Both the position numbers and the translations under genes were made by a program. From Lingula anatina (Eukaryota; Animalia; Brachiopoda): 64,000 bases of DNA. The stretch is from contig CM120640.1 of the NCBI GenBank assembly GCA_051362555.1, positions 48,958,788 through 49,022,787 of the forward strand. Reading direction: 5' to 3'. Below the pieces are notes generated by a model, which was not told the DNA's origin, ran no database searches, and saw only the letters and a list, made by a program, of their open reading frames with translations. Positions 63,026 to 64,000 of the stretch are shown in pieces (position 1 is the first letter of the stretch; each line of letters starts with the position of its first letter).

Positions 63026-64000
63026 AAACTCCAGATCAATCATGGAAGCAAGAAGACCACGATATTGAAACTACTGCGTCAACTAACTCTAACATGTTTA
63101 CAGCATAACATTTTATATAAATCTGTACATATTTCGGGTATATATAACAGTGCAGCTAACTCGCTATCTCGTCTTGATTTGCAGGCTTTTCAAATGGCAG
63201 CTCCTTTGGCTTTGAAAACGCCGTCACTAGTGCATATGGCAACCGCTGAACTTACTTCGGAATTAACAAATACTTTGGATTCTGCTCTCGCGAATAACAC
63301 AAAGAAAACCTACTTAAAAATTGAACCGCTTCTTCGACAATTTTATGAGACGACCGGGATACAGGCATTTCCCACGGATCCATTAGTCACAGCCTTATGG
63401 GTACAATATTTAAGCAGAAAGTATTCTCCTTCATCTATAAAAACATTTCTTGGGGCGCTAAGCTATAAATATAAAATGCATAACATGCCAAATCCAACGT
63501 TAACTTACATAGTTGAACAAACCATCCTGGGTTTAAAGAACAAAACTTTAAAGAACAAAAAATCACCAATAACACTTCCGATATTACACACTTTATTGAA
63601 AAATGTAGACATTCTCTGTAGAAATCAATATGAAGCTCATTTATACAAAACAATGTTTTTGACGGCATTCTATGGATTATTCAGAATTGGGGAAATCACG
63701 GCAAAACCCTCGATACATACGCTAAAACAAGAAAATGTATCGTATGACGCGCCGAACAACATCATTAGAATCAAACTGGACTCATTTAAACATTTCCGAC
63801 GGGATTTCCAACAACAAAATAGCAATCAGACAACAACTGAATATCTGCCCAGTAAAAACTTTGAAAACTTATATTCAATTGCGACCAATTTGTTCCACAT
63901 ATTCTTCATACATAAAAATGGTTCATCGGTTACAAGAAATCAATTTCATTCAGTACTTGATAAATGCCTTGCTTTGTCAAAATTGGATCAAAAAAGATTT
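63026..64000 (+). CDS. RNase H C-terminal half fused in frame to a tyrosine recombinase; open to the window edge, with internal compensating frameshifts
   Basis: A single stop-free frame reads INHGSKKTTILKLLRQLTLTCLQHNILYKSVHISGIYNSAANSLSRL (DIRS-type RNase H), then SALANNTKKTY..SIKTFLGALSYKYK (SAM-like domain), SPITLPILH, MFLTAFYGLFRIGEI (catalytic Arg box), SFKH and FFIHKNGSSVTRNQF. It is missing from the ORF track because no stop falls in the window. First ATG in frame is at 63194. Confidence 0.82.

Larger units (their letters stand above)
61800..64000 (+). mobile_element. Degenerate tyrosine-recombinase element of DIRS/Ngaro ancestry (SGNH hydrolase, RNase H remnant, YR); left boundary uncertain, truncated by the window end
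   Basis: An SGNH ORF, a DIRS-type RNase H C-terminal half and a phage-integrase-like YR ORF lie on the same strand within 2 kb, with frameshifts. Confidence 0.8.

Noticed and set aside
63435-63668. 77-aa minus-strand ORF
   Set aside because: Antisense shadow of the tyrosine recombinase frame.

Overview
AT-rich, intron-rich metazoan genomic DNA, probably a marine lophotrochozoan such as a mollusc (inferred from gene style and repeat families, not proven). I assembled three complete spliced genes by hand and checked splice phases: a 4-exon IGFBP7/IGFBP-rP1-like gene (minus, 10620-21395), an 11-exon TAPT1 (minus, 29065-34457) and a 53-exon DOCK-A/DOCK1 (myoblast city-like) Rac-GEF (plus, 34830-59477), which lies head-to-head with TAPT1. 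TAPT1 and DOCK each carry a U12-type intron. The first 9 kb appear to hold four alternative first coding exons, all ending in phase 2, of an unidentified gene that runs off the left edge. Three Helentron-associated (HINE/DINE-1/pearl-like) non-autonomous elements are present, two with internal 146- and 160-bp satellite arrays. One of them is 4.6 kb long and inserted 3 nt from the last splice acceptor of the IGFBP gene. The right end holds a degenerate tyrosine-recombinase element of DIRS/Ngaro ancestry with an unusual layout: TATA promoter, spliced leader, SGNH hydrolase first, then a dead RNase H half fused in frame to the recombinase, with no RT or gag visible. The window edge truncates it. 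No rRNA, tRNA or CRISPR features were recognised, and no database searches were run.
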